Source of the DNA: an uncultured Arcobacteraceae bacterium
GTDB taxonomy: Bacteria > Campylobacterota > Campylobacteria > Campylobacterales > Arcobacteraceae
DNA length: 64,000 nucleotides
NCBI GenBank assembly: GCA_964022095.1
Contig: CAXHZO010000002.1
Coordinates: forward strand, 288,001 to 352,000
Direction of reading: 5' to 3'
Program-made: the position numbers and the translations under genes
Shown: positions 20,658 through 30,615 of the stretch, one piece after another
Layout of the letters: each line of letters starts with the position of its first letter
Position numbering within the stretch: the first letter of the stretch is position 1
The notes under the pieces: generated by a model
Databases searched by the model: none
Told to the model about the DNA's origin: nothing
What the model saw: the letters and a program-made list of their open reading frames with translations, nothing else

Positions 20658-21610
20658 TTTTTATTTCTTTTTATAAGTAAATATACAAAAAATGGTGCTC
20701 CAATAAATGCAGTTACAACTCCAATAGGTAAAGTTGAGTCAGTATTTAGATTTCTTGATATTAAATCAGAAAATACTAAAAATACTCCTCCATAAAAAAA
20801 CACTGGAAAAAATAGATTATGGGCACTTTGTTTATAAATTAACTTTATAATATGAGGAATAACAAGTCCTATAAAACCAATTGGTCCAACAAAACTAATA
20901 CTAACACCTACACAAAGAGAAGTTATGATTAGTAGGATTATATTTATTTTATTTACATTTAGGCCTTTTAAAAAGGCTGTATCATTACAGATTAAAAGAA
21001 TTTTTATGTCGTTTTTGTATTTTAAAATAGTTAGATAAAAAATAATACTTACAAATAACATGATAATACTATTTTCAAAACCAACAGTATCTAAACTACC
21101 AAGAGTAAATCTAACTATTGAAAAGTTCTCTTGCAAATTACTCATATAAAACACTAACATAAGAGCTGATGCATAAAAATATGATAATGCAATACCTGTA
21201 AGAAGTATAGAGTTTGTGGATACTGCAATTGTATTTTTATTTATCTGCTTTGAAATAAAATATAATATTAAAACTGTAATTATTGAGCCAACAACAGAAG
21301 AAAATGTCAAATAAATATAGGGGAAAAATACTATTCCAATAGCTGTAAAAAGTGTTGTACCACTTGCGATTCCAAGGGTATAGGGTGTTATAAGTTCATT
21401 TTTAAATATAATTTGAAAAATAAGACCTGAAAGTGCCAAAATCCCACCAACAAAAAATGCTAGTAAAACTCTAGGAACTCTAAGGTCCCATATAATTGTA
21501 TGAGTCATTGAATTGCTTTTAAATATATCACTTAGTGCTAAGTTTATTTCACCAAAAAATGGTGCTATTAGTAATATGATTGAGGCAAATATATATAAAG
21601 CTATTTTCAT
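20654..21610 (-). CDS. FecCD/BtuC-type ABC permease
   Basis: LRVPR, PYTLGIASG, GPIGFIGLVIPH, PIGVVTAFIGAPFF. Confidence 0.9.
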   Translation of the reverse strand: MKIALYIFASIILLIAPFFGEINLALSDIFKSNSMTHTIIWDLRVPRVLLAFFVGGILALSGLIFQIIFKNELITPYTLGIASGTTLFTAIGIVFFPYIYLTFSSVVGSIITVLILYFISKQINKNTIAVSTNSILLTGIALSYFYASALMLVFYMSNLQENFSIVRFTLGSLDTVGFENSIIMLFVSIIFYLTILKYKNDIKILLICNDTAFLKGLNVNKINIILLIITSLCVGVSISFVGPIGFIGLVIPHIIKLIYKQSAHNLFFPVFFYGGVFLVFSDLISRNLNTDSTLPIGVVTAFIGAPFFVYLLIKRNKN

Positions 21611-22305
21611 AAATTTACCACCAAATGATTATTGATTTTTTGAATTGATTCATTGTAGAATCTATTTAAATTTTTATTTTCAAAGAACTCCTCGTGTTTA
21701 CCGTAAAACTCTATTATTCCATCATTTAAAAACAGAACTTTAAATTTTAATGCATATGCTAAATCTAAATTATGTGTGATGATGATTTTTTGTTGTAGTA
21801 AATTAGAATTAAAAATATCATAAACCTCTTTTAGTCTATTTATATCTAAGTTTGCAGTAAGTTCATCAAAAATAGTAATCTTCGCATCATGGATAATCGC
21901 ACTTGCTAATAAAAGAAGTTGTTTCTCCCCTGAACTAAATGATCTACAAAACTTATTTTCTAATTTTTTAAGATTTAAAAACTTTATTACATCATCTAGT
22001 TTTTTGTTATCAATATTATTTATAAAAGATAGTTCTAAGAACTCTCTTAGTGTTATGTATTCATCAAAAATAGTAAGTTTTGGTGGAATATAGTTTATTA
22101 AAGAAGCTCTTTTAGAATAACTTAAATCATCAATATTCTCACCAAATAAGTTTACTTTGTCATTCTCAATTAGATTAGAAAGTACTTTTGCCAAAGTTGA
22201 CTTCCCTGCTCCATTTTGTCCAAGGATAATAAGATTTTCATTCTCTTTTAAAGAAAATGAAATTTCATGTAAAATTGAACTATTGTAATCTTTTATTTCT
22301 AACAT
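21607..22305 (-). CDS. ABC transporter ATP-binding subunit (BtuD/FecE-like)
   Basis: GQNGAGKST Walker A, FSSGEKQ signature, FDELTANLD. Confidence 0.9.
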   Translation of the reverse strand: MLEIKDYNSSILHEISFSLKENENLIILGQNGAGKSTLAKVLSNLIENDKVNLFGENIDDLSYSKRASLINYIPPKLTIFDEYITLREFLELSFINNIDNKKLDDVIKFLNLKKLENKFCRSFSSGEKQLLLLASAIIHDAKITIFDELTANLDINRLKEVYDIFNSNLLQQKIIITHNLDLAYALKFKVLFLNDGIIEFYGKHEEFFENKNLNRFYNESIQKINNHLVVNL

Positions 22306-23113
22306 CTTCTAATATCTTTCTAAAGTCTTTAATAAAATAGACAACTCTATGGGAAGGAATTCCTGCATACTCTTTGTCTATTGCATATATGTTGTTTTGT
22401 TTTGCTGCATTTATAGGTAGTTTCTTCCAGGCATTTTTAACTTCTTCTAACTCTTTTGGTTTTCCTTCGAAAAAAGCTCCAAGAAGTATTATTATATCTG
22501 GATTCATAGCTATTACTTTTTCAGCATTTACAACTGGTTGCATTGTAGATTTTGAATAGTAAGCATTTTTATTTTTTGATTCTTTTATAATATCTTCAAA
22601 ATATAAGTAATTCCCTGTTACATAGATTTGGTTTTTTAAATCTTTTTTTGGACTAATTACTATTAAGATTTTTTTATTTTCTATAATACCTTTTAGAGAA
22701 GTTAATTGCTTATCTATATTTATTACTAACTCTTTTGCTTTTTTCTCTTTTTGAAAAAAGATACCTAAATCCAAAATTGTATTTCTAATTTCATTTACTG
22801 TTGTAGTTTTATAGATTTTTGTTTTTATTCCTAGCTTTTCAAGATTTGAATTTAACTTTTCATCATAATTTTGACCAATTACAACTGTAGGATTTAATTT
22901 TATGATTTTTTCTAAAGAGATAGAGGAATAACCCCCTATTTTCTCTTTGTTTTTTGACTCAATTGGATAATCACAAAACATTGTATTAGCTATTACTTCA
23001 TTTCCTTTACCCAATGCAAATACTATTTCATTTACAGAAGGTGCTAGAGTAACTATTCTTTCAGTTGCAAAAAGCGATAAATTAAAAAGAACTAATAGTA
23101 ATAAACTTTTCAT
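22280..23113 (-). CDS. Helical-backbone periplasmic binding protein (BtuF-like)
   Basis: Signal peptide, RIVTLAPSVNEIVFALG, CDYP, NPDIII. Confidence 0.88.
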   Translation of the reverse strand: MKSLLLLVLFNLSLFATERIVTLAPSVNEIVFALGKGNEVIANTMFCDYPIESKNKEKIGGYSSISLEKIIKLNPTVVIGQNYDEKLNSNLEKLGIKTKIYKTTTVNEIRNTILDLGIFFQKEKKAKELVINIDKQLTSLKGIIENKKILIVISPKKDLKNQIYVTGNYLYFEDIIKESKNKNAYYSKSTMQPVVNAEKVIAMNPDIIILLGAFFEGKPKELEEVKNAWKKLPINAAKQNNIYAIDKEYAGIPSHRVVYFIKDFRKILEDVRNKRLQ

Positions 23114-24940
23114 CTAAAATGTTGCCTTAAATCCAATGTATGCACTTCTTGGAGCACTTGCATAGTTATTTACTGTTTGATAGTATTTATCAAATAAATT
23201 ATCTACTTTTAAGTATACAGATGTTTTTGTATTTATAGAATAATTAACTACAGAATTCCATACAGTATATTTTCCTGTTTGTGTATCGCTCAAATCTTCT
23301 CTACTTCCTATATATTTCCCATTAATATTAAAATGAAATTTTTTAATTCCATAATAATCAAGATTTAGTTTTAGTGTTTCTTTCGGAACTCTTAAAATTC
23401 TATTTGAATCTTTATCTTTTGCAATTAAATTCGTGTATGAAAGTGAAAGTAATGTATCTTTTACTATATCATTAGTATAATTAACTTCATAACCTCTTAA
23501 GTTTGATTCCCCTTTAGCATTTGAATAATAATCATCTGAATAATCACTAGGAGTTCCATTATCGTTATATTCTACTAAATCATCTATTTTATTCTTAAAA
23601 TATCTTACTTCTAAGTCTTTATACTCTACTGCTACATCAAAAGATTTAGTATATTCAGGTTTTAAATCGTTACCACCATCCTTACTTAATTGATATAAAG
23701 AAGGAGCTTTATACCCTGTTCCATAGTTTGATGAAAATATAAAATCATTTAAAGTATGTTTTAATCCAATTTTACCAGTGAACTTATTTTTAAAACTAGT
23801 ATACTTATCATATCTAATTGATTCAGTTAATACTGTATCTCCATTATTAAAGAAATTACTATTTGTTAAGAAAAATCCATTATTAGCATAATCGATTTCA
23901 TAATTTTTATCTTGATTAAACTCTTTTCTATCTAGTCCAATTATTAAAAAATCTTTATTTAGATAGTCAATTTTAGAGTTTAACCCATACTCTTTTATAT
24001 CCCCTCTATATAACGTTGTATATCCTGCAGGATATTCTCTTTTAAAATCAGATTTAGAAGCATATATATTTAGGTTATTAAAACTATCAATATGATTAAA
24101 ATTAATTTTTGAGAATTTACTTCTTGATTCAGAATTATATGTAGTGTTATTTGCTTGATCTAATATAGATGAACCAAAAGGACCTCCATCATATTCATTT
24201 TTTGTATGAATTAGTATATGTGATAAATCAATTTTATTTGAGTCATCTATATTATAACCTGCTTTTAAAGATAGAGATTCATTTTTATATGAATCATCTT
24301 CTAAAGAGTCTAAATCCACGCCTCTTGGTGCAAGTGATGAAAAGCCATCACTAGTTATTTTACTTGCGTTTATTTTTCCATAAAACTTGTCTTCTTTAAA
24401 AGATAAACCTAAGCCATATTTTCTAGTATTAAAACTTCCATATTCTGCATTAATAGCAGCTGCAAATCCATTTTTAGCTTTTTTAGTAATTATATTGATA
24501 ACACCAGCACTAGCATCCGCACCCCAAATACCAGATTGCGCTCCTTTGATTATTTCAATTCTTTCAATATCTGATACTAAAATATTTTCAGGAAACGCTG
24601 ATCCATTTGTAATGTCGTTATATCTTACTCCATCAATTAAAACTAAAACATTTGTATAATGCATACCATTAATTCTTATAAAAGAAGTTTGTCCAAGACC
24701 TCCATTTGATGTTATATCTATTCCTGCAATAGTATTTAAAGCTTCAGATACATTGGTGAAGTTTTTTTCTTCAATCTCTTCTTTTGAAATAACTTCGATA
24801 TTTGAAGTAACATCTTTAATTGATTGTTCTGATTTCGTAGCACTTGTAACAGTGATTTCGTCTAATTGGGCTTCATTTGATAGTAGGTTTGTTGCTAATA
24901 ATAAGCTTGCAACTAAGCTTGTAGATAATTTCTTGTTCAT
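23114..24940 (-). CDS. TonB-dependent outer membrane receptor (BtuB-like)
   Basis: Signal peptide, TonB box EITVTSA, LVLIDG, IERIEIIKG..S..WG, C-terminal F. Confidence 0.92.
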   Translation of the reverse strand: MNKKLSTSLVASLLLATNLLSNEAQLDEITVTSATKSEQSIKDVTSNIEVISKEEIEEKNFTNVSEALNTIAGIDITSNGGLGQTSFIRINGMHYTNVLVLIDGVRYNDITNGSAFPENILVSDIERIEIIKGAQSGIWGADASAGVINIITKKAKNGFAAAINAEYGSFNTRKYGLGLSFKEDKFYGKINASKITSDGFSSLAPRGVDLDSLEDDSYKNESLSLKAGYNIDDSNKIDLSHILIHTKNEYDGGPFGSSILDQANNTTYNSESRSKFSKINFNHIDSFNNLNIYASKSDFKREYPAGYTTLYRGDIKEYGLNSKIDYLNKDFLIIGLDRKEFNQDKNYEIDYANNGFFLTNSNFFNNGDTVLTESIRYDKYTSFKNKFTGKIGLKHTLNDFIFSSNYGTGYKAPSLYQLSKDGGNDLKPEYTKSFDVAVEYKDLEVRYFKNKIDDLVEYNDNGTPSDYSDDYYSNAKGESNLRGYEVNYTNDIVKDTLLSLSYTNLIAKDKDSNRILRVPKETLKLNLDYYGIKKFHFNINGKYIGSREDLSDTQTGKYTVWNSVVNYSINTKTSVYLKVDNLFDKYYQTVNNYASAPRSAYIGFKATF

Positions 24941-24961
24941 TAATTTATTTTCCTATTTTAT

Positions 24962-25147
24962 TTATATATTATTTGTTGAATACAGTTTGATTGGTTTTAA
25001 TACTTTTGATAATAAAAGTCTTGTGATTTTTGGTATATTTTTAGTGGTAATTGATTCAATCATACTAAAAAATGAATGCATTTTTCCATCCGCAGTTGCT
25101 GCTAAAATACCAAAAAGTGTGAAGTATTTTTTACATTTACTAATCAT
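24962..25147 (-). CDS. 61-aa small protein / possible leader ORF of the TonB receptor
   Basis: Very strong AAAAGGAGG RBS before ATG; sits alone between two co-oriented genes. Confidence 0.6.
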   Translation of the reverse strand: MISKCKKYFTLFGILAATADGKMHSFFSMIESITTKNIPKITRLLLSKVLKPIKLYSTNNI

Positions 25148-25181
25148 TTATTAACCCTCCTTTTCAAAATTTTTGTTTTAA

Positions 25182-25892
25182 TTATATATGACAGTTTAAG
25201 ATAGTTTTAGTTGGATCAGCTAAATACTCATAACCTAAGTAAGCTATATAAAATCCAAATAAAATTACTAAAATCGATGCTACTTTTATAAATACATCTC
25301 TTAGATTTGTTTGTTTAAATAAACCAACAAAGAAACCAACAGAAAAAAGTGCTGGGATAGTACTTAGTCCAAATATAAACATCACAAATGCACCCCAAAA
25401 CATACTTCCTGTACTAGCAGCAGTAATAGCAAATACATAAACAAACCCACAAGGAAGAAGTCCGTTTAACATTCCAAGTAGATAAAAACTCATAAGTGAT
25501 TGAGAACCTAAAAGTGCTTTAAATGTATTTTGATAAAGTGGTGACTTAGAGCATGAATGCTCAATTTTAGTTAAAAACTTAACTTTACCAGTTAAAGATA
25601 ATCCTACTAATACCATTAAAAGTCCAGTAGTAATCAAAAAAATACCACTTGTAGTATTATCAAAACTAACTACACCACCAACTAATCCAAAAAGTGCACC
25701 TAAAATAGTATAAGTTGTAACTCTACCAAATGAGTATAAAAGATGAGCAATAGCTTGTGTTTGTTTGCTCCATTGAGATTTAATTTTTGTACTTGAATAT
25801 GCAACTACAATTCCACCACACATTCCAATACAGTGTCCAAAAGATCCTAAAAATGCAATTGTTATAATTGATATAATACTAATAGTTTCCAT
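25182..25892 (-). CDS. TauE/SafE-like (DsbD_2) membrane protein
   Basis: GHCIGMCGG, GRVTTY, GLLPCGFVY, FGLSTIP. Confidence 0.88.
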   Translation of the reverse strand: METISIISIITIAFLGSFGHCIGMCGGIVVAYSSTKIKSQWSKQTQAIAHLLYSFGRVTTYTILGALFGLVGGVVSFDNTTSGIFLITTGLLMVLVGLSLTGKVKFLTKIEHSCSKSPLYQNTFKALLGSQSLMSFYLLGMLNGLLPCGFVYVFAITAASTGSMFWGAFVMFIFGLSTIPALFSVGFFVGLFKQTNLRDVFIKVASILVILFGFYIAYLGYEYLADPTKTILNCHI

Positions 25893-26395
25893 TAATTACC
25901 TAACAACTCTTTTTTAATATAAGGATTATTTAAATTCTCACCCCTTAGCATTTTGATATACATTTGATCATAAGATATAAAACCATCTTGTTTATTCTCA
26001 TATGCTCCAAATCCATATCCCATAGGTGTTTTATCTGTTTGGCTATACCAAGCAGTTCTTCCATCAATATATTTTTTTGTATCTTTTGTCATAACCCAAA
26101 TCTTTGCATTATCTTTGAAAGATTTGTTTTGTATCCAATTAACTAATCCACCATGATCATGGAAGAACCAAGTTTTACCATCAGGTGCTATAACTTGAGA
26201 TACGTAAGTCATATCATCTATTGTCATACCACAATCACTATCTTGATATTTACCTAATATTATTTGAAGTGGCTTTTGAGAGATATTACCCTCTTTTAAA
26301 ACAACCATTTGTTTTTTATTAGACATAGATAAAAATATTATAATTATTATTACTATTATTGTTAGTACTGTTAAAAAAGGTAAGATTTTTTTCAT
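25892..26395 (-). CDS. NosL-like metal-binding protein (atypical motifs)
   Basis: N-terminal membrane anchor, DSDCGM, FFHDHGG, TPMGYGFGAY. Confidence 0.75.
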   Translation of the reverse strand: MKKILPFLTVLTIIVIIIIIFLSMSNKKQMVVLKEGNISQKPLQIILGKYQDSDCGMTIDDMTYVSQVIAPDGKTWFFHDHGGLVNWIQNKSFKDNAKIWVMTKDTKKYIDGRTAWYSQTDKTPMGYGFGAYENKQDGFISYDQMYIKMLRGENLNNPYIKKELLGN

Positions 26396-26460
26396 ATAAA
26401 CTCCAAGAGTGACATTATATTCTCTTGATTATAAATTTTCTATTACAGATGAGCATAAAT

Positions 26461-26493
26461 AAAAAAAGCTCCACATAAATGTGAAGCTTATTT
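26461..26493 (-). terminator. Intrinsic terminator on the minus strand with no called gene upstream
   Basis: gcttcacat-tt-atgtggagc (one G-U pair) followed by T7 on the minus strand. Confidence 0.65.
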
Positions 26494-26710
26494 TAATTCT
26501 ATTTCATAAAAAGTAATCATCATAGGTATCTAATTCGTATTTAGTAGTAGGAGAATGTAAAAGTAGATATCCTATAAATGTTATTATAATAGTAGATATT
26601 TTAAAGTTTTCTTAAATTAAGATACTTTTTGTCCTAATTTGTAAAATTTAATGTTATTTTATCAATATAATCATATAATCATTTATAAAAAATAAGAAGG
26701 AATATACTAT

Positions 26711-27337
26711 ATGAGCCTTATAATGTTCGATATGGACGGTACTTTAATAGATAGTGGTTATGCAATAACTAATACTATTAATCATGTTAGAGAGAATTTA
26801 GGATTTGAAACACTAGAAAAAAATTTTATTTTAGAAAAAGTAAATGACCCGCATATTAATGCTGCAGAGTTTTTTTATGGAACAAAAGACTTTACTCAAC
26901 AACAAAAAGAATTATTTGAAGAGTACTATAATATTCATTGCTTAACTGATTTAGTAGTTTATGAAGGTATTTCAAAACTTATTAAAGATTTAAAAAGTGA
27001 TAACTTTACTTTAGCCGTTGCTACAAATGCAAATTCTGATTATGCACATAAAATGTTAAATCATGTAGGCCTAGGTAAATATTTTTCTACAATTTTAGGT
27101 TACGATAGTGTATTAAATCCAAAACCACATCCAGAAATGGTAAATAAAATTTTACATAAGCATAGTATTCAAAAAGAAAAAGCTCAATTAATTGGAGATT
27201 CACATAAAGATATAATGGCTGCAACTAATGCAGGAGTTGATTCAGTTCTTGTAAACTGGGGTTTTTCAAACCATGAAGAAGATGCTATTGAAACAGTAGC
27301 ACAATTAGAAAAAAGAATCTTTGATAAATTTAAATAG
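26711..27337 (+). CDS. HAD-family hydrolase (phosphoglycolate phosphatase-like)
   Basis: FDMDGTL, VATN, KPHP, IGDS..D. Confidence 0.9.
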   Translation: MSLIMFDMDGTLIDSGYAITNTINHVRENLGFETLEKNFILEKVNDPHINAAEFFYGTKDFTQQQKELFEEYYNIHCLTDLVVYEGISKLIKDLKSDNFTLAVATNANSDYAHKMLNHVGLGKYFSTILGYDSVLNPKPHPEMVNKILHKHSIQKEKAQLIGDSHKDIMAATNAGVDSVLVNWGFSNHEEDAIETVAQLEKRIFDKFK

Positions 27338-27345
27338 GTCTATAA

Positions 27346-27513
27346 GTGTTTAACAAAATAAAAGAATTATTCAAAAAAGAAGAAAGATTTTCATGTATTA
27401 TATTTGATGGGAAAGAGATGAAATATATGGATTTAACTCAAAAAGAAATAGATGAAATGAAATCTAATCCTAAATATAAAGATTGGACAATAAATAAAAA
27501 AGACGAGTGTTAG
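27346..27513 (+). CDS. 55-aa hypothetical protein not in the ORF track
   Basis: GTG start after TAGG; MFNKIKELFKKEERFSCIIFDGKEMKYMDLTQKEIDEMKSNPKYKDWTINKKDEC*; exactly fills the gap. Confidence 0.6.
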   Translation: MFNKIKELFKKEERFSCIIFDGKEMKYMDLTQKEIDEMKSNPKYKDWTINKKDEC

Positions 27514-28190
27514 TTTATATCAATAAACTTATACTCACCCTCTTCTAAATCTTCAACACTAAATTCTCCAAAACTAACTCTATGAAGTTTTATTACTTTG
27601 TTTCCAACAGCTGCAAACATTCTTTTTACTTGATGATACTTACCTTCAACTATTTCTAATCTTACTAAGGTATCACTAATAACTTCAAGTTTTGCAGGTA
27701 ATAGTGGTTTATCTTCACCTTTTAATACTAAATTACCACTTGCAAATATCTCTTTTTCTTCACCATTTAAAGCTTGGGCTAAAGTTGCTTCATAGATTTT
27801 TGGAATATTACTTCTTGGACTTGTAAGTCTATGGTTTAATTTTCCATCATCAGTTAATAATATTGCTCCTGTTGTATCAACATCAAGTCTTCCTACGGTT
27901 GATATTTTAGGATTTCGATGTAACCATCTTGGTGGAAGAAGATTATATATTAATGCTCCTGCATCATCATGGGAGCAAATAGTTCTTTGTGGTTTATTCA
28001 TAAGAATAGTAATACTTATAGGATCTAATGGTTCATTGTTTAATTTTAAATCACTATGTTTAACTTTTAATGCAGGATTTCTAACTGCTTCTTGTTTATG
28101 TGTAAGTTCATTTTCTCTTAAAAATCTATTTGCTTGTTTTCTTGTACAATAACCTAATTGAGAAAGTAATGCATCAACTCTTTTTAACAT
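27510..28190 (-). CDS. RsuA-family pseudouridine synthase
   Basis: S4-like N-terminus, MNKP, VGRLDVDTTG, EGKYHQVKRMF. Confidence 0.9.
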   Translation of the reverse strand: MLKRVDALLSQLGYCTRKQANRFLRENELTHKQEAVRNPALKVKHSDLKLNNEPLDPISITILMNKPQRTICSHDDAGALIYNLLPPRWLHRNPKISTVGRLDVDTTGAILLTDDGKLNHRLTSPRSNIPKIYEATLAQALNGEEKEIFASGNLVLKGEDKPLLPAKLEVISDTLVRLEIVEGKYHQVKRMFAAVGNKVIKLHRVSFGEFSVEDLEEGEYKFIDIN

Positions 28191-28257
28191 GTATTATTCA
28201 CTTTAATTTTTTTGTGATACTAACATCTTTTTAGTTAAAATTTGGTATCTTCTTTTT

Positions 28258-28932
28258 ATGGAATTAATTGATAATGAACACAAAATTTACTTACTTGATT
28301 TAGATAATTATAGTTTCCCTACATTAAATATGATGGATGATGATTTAGTTGCAGTTGGAGGGGATTTTCATCCTCAAAGATTAATAAACGCATATGAAAA
28401 TGGAATTTTTCCATGGTTTATTGATGATTATAATCATATACATTGGTTCTCACCACAAGAACGAATGGTTTTAAAACCAAATGAAATGAAAATATCTAAA
28501 AGCTTAAAAAAATCTATCAAAAATAAAGGCTTTGAAATAAAATCTAATACTAGGTTTTCTGATGTAATAAAAGAGTGTGGACAGATAAAAAGAAAACATG
28601 AAGATGATACATGGATAGATGATAATTTTATAATAGCTTATTCAAACCTTCATCACCTAGGATATGCACATAGTATAGAGTGTTTTTTAAACGATGAATT
28701 AGTCGGTGGCTTATATGGAATATTGATACATGATAAAGTATTTTGTGGAGAGAGTATGTTTTCAAAAGTCAGTGATGCTTCTAAAGTTGCATTTTATCAT
28801 TTATGTAAATGGTGCGAAGAAAATGAAATTGAATTAATTGATTGTCAAGTTCATAATGAACATCTACAAAGCTTAGGTGCTTATGAAATAACTAGAAATG
28901 AATATTTTGACTATTTAATAAATAATAAATAG
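28258..28932 (+). CDS. aat: Leucyl/phenylalanyl-tRNA--protein transferase
   Basis: AYENGIFPW, LVGGLYG, FCGESMFS..SDASK, IDCQ. Confidence 0.93.
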   Translation: MELIDNEHKIYLLDLDNYSFPTLNMMDDDLVAVGGDFHPQRLINAYENGIFPWFIDDYNHIHWFSPQERMVLKPNEMKISKSLKKSIKNKGFEIKSNTRFSDVIKECGQIKRKHEDDTWIDDNFIIAYSNLHHLGYAHSIECFLNDELVGGLYGILIHDKVFCGESMFSKVSDASKVAFYHLCKWCEENEIELIDCQVHNEHLQSLGAYEITRNEYFDYLINNK

Positions 28933-29100
28933 TTATTTTTGCATTGTTTTGATTATTTACTCCAAATAGCCTATAAATGATATATTTAGGCTATGATATC
29001 CTTATACAATCTCATAATATTTAAATTATAATAATTTTTATGGTAAAATATTATTAACTAATATTTAAAAAATAATTTAGTTTTATGAATAGGAGTATTG

Positions 29101-30612
29101 ATGTTTTTTCAAAACAAGAAAAAAGATGAAGAGATTTTAGTTTTAAAAAATAGAATAAAAGAGTTAGAGTCAGCTCAAGAGAATGAAAATATATTAATTG
29201 ATTAAATTAATGATGTTTTAAAAAAGTTCGAAAAAGGTTTTTATGGAATTAGTGTTAAATCTAATAGTGAGAATGAAAAATTAAACAAAATTAAAGAGAC
29301 ACTAAATAGCGCATTATTAACTAATGCAGAATTTGCAGATAGAGGTATTCAAACTTTAATACAATATGGTAACTCTAATTTTAATCATAAAATAGATACA
29401 AAAAATCTTAGCGGAAAGATGGGTTCTATTGTATTAGGTGTAAGAGCATTAGGTGAAACAGTTTCTGAAATATTAGCTTTATTAGATGTTACTTCACAGG
29501 AATTACATAAAGAAGTTTCTGATTTGACAGTTGCTTCAAACAACTTAGCATCATCTTCAAACCAGCAAGCAGCAAACTTAGAAGAAACAGCAGCAGCCTT
29601 AGAAGAAGTTACAAGTACTATTATTAATAATAGTGAAAATACTAATAAAATGTCTCAACTATCTTATGAAGTTAACTCTTCAGCATCAAAAGGTGAAGAA
29701 TTAGCAAAAAATACAGTTGTTTCAATGAATAGTATTAATAATGAAGTTTCACAAATAGAAGAAGCAACTACCATTATTGATCAAATTGCATTTCAAACAA
29801 ATATTTTATCATTAAATGCAGCAGTTGAAGCTGCAACTGCAGGGGAAGCTGGAAAAGGATTTGCTGTTGTTGCTCAAGAAGTTAGAAACCTAGCAAGTAG
29901 AAGTGCTGAAGCTGCAAAAGATATAAATGATATTGTTCAAAAGGCTAAATCAAGAGCTAATGAAGGTAAAGATATAGCAGAAGAGATGATAAATGGTTAT
30001 AGTGTTTTAAATAAAAATATATCTAGTCAAATTAGTATTATTGATGAGGTATCTAATGCATCAAAAGAACAAAAAAGTGCTATTGAGCAAATAAATGATG
30101 CTGTAGCTCAATTAGACCAAGCAACACAACAAAATGCTTCAGCAGCTTCACAAATCAGTAATCAAAGTATACAAATAGAATCACTTGCTAAAAAACTTGT
30201 TAATGTTGTTGAAAATACTAGCTATATAGAAGGGTCTGAAAAACAAATATGTGATATTGATATGATGTTAACTCTAAATAGTTTAAAACTTGATCATATT
30301 AATTTTAAAGATAGTAACTTTAAACAATTAGATTCAAAGAAAACGTGGACAGTTAAAAATGAAAAAGAGTGTAATTTAGGGAAATGGATAATTCAACAAG
30401 AATCTAATGGTGAAATATTTACAAAAACTTCCAATTGGAATAAATTAAAAGAAGCTCATTTAAAAGTTCATGATGGAGTGCAATGTATTATAAATGACAA
30501 TGCAAGTGAAAATAGTGATAATATGTTAAGTGAAACATTAAATATTGACACTGCTATTAATGAAGTATTCTCTTCTTTACAACAAACAAAAAAAGATAAT
30601 TGTATAACGTAA
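29101..30612 (+). pseudogene. Soluble CZB-domain chemoreceptor interrupted by an in-frame TAA at 29203-29205
   Basis: AGGAG RBS plus ATG 29101 in frame with ORF 29419-30612; single stop at codon 35; MA and CZB motifs intact downstream. Confidence 0.8.
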
Positions 30613-30615
30613 AAG

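Noticed and set aside
24941-25181. Cobalamin riboswitch upstream of the BtuB-like receptor
   Set aside because: No recognisable B12-box or conserved core; the region is AT-rich and occupied by an ORF with a strong RBS. Rfam scan needed to exclude fully
29203-29205. Stop-codon reassignment or programmed readthrough
   Set aside because: TAA is the dominant true stop throughout the window; a single nonsense change or read error is simpler
15700-29920. Similar DNA in the two chemoreceptor genes (about 15700-15810 and 29775-29900) as a recent duplication or repeat element
   Set aside because: Corresponds to the universally conserved MCP hairpin tip and shows synonymous differences
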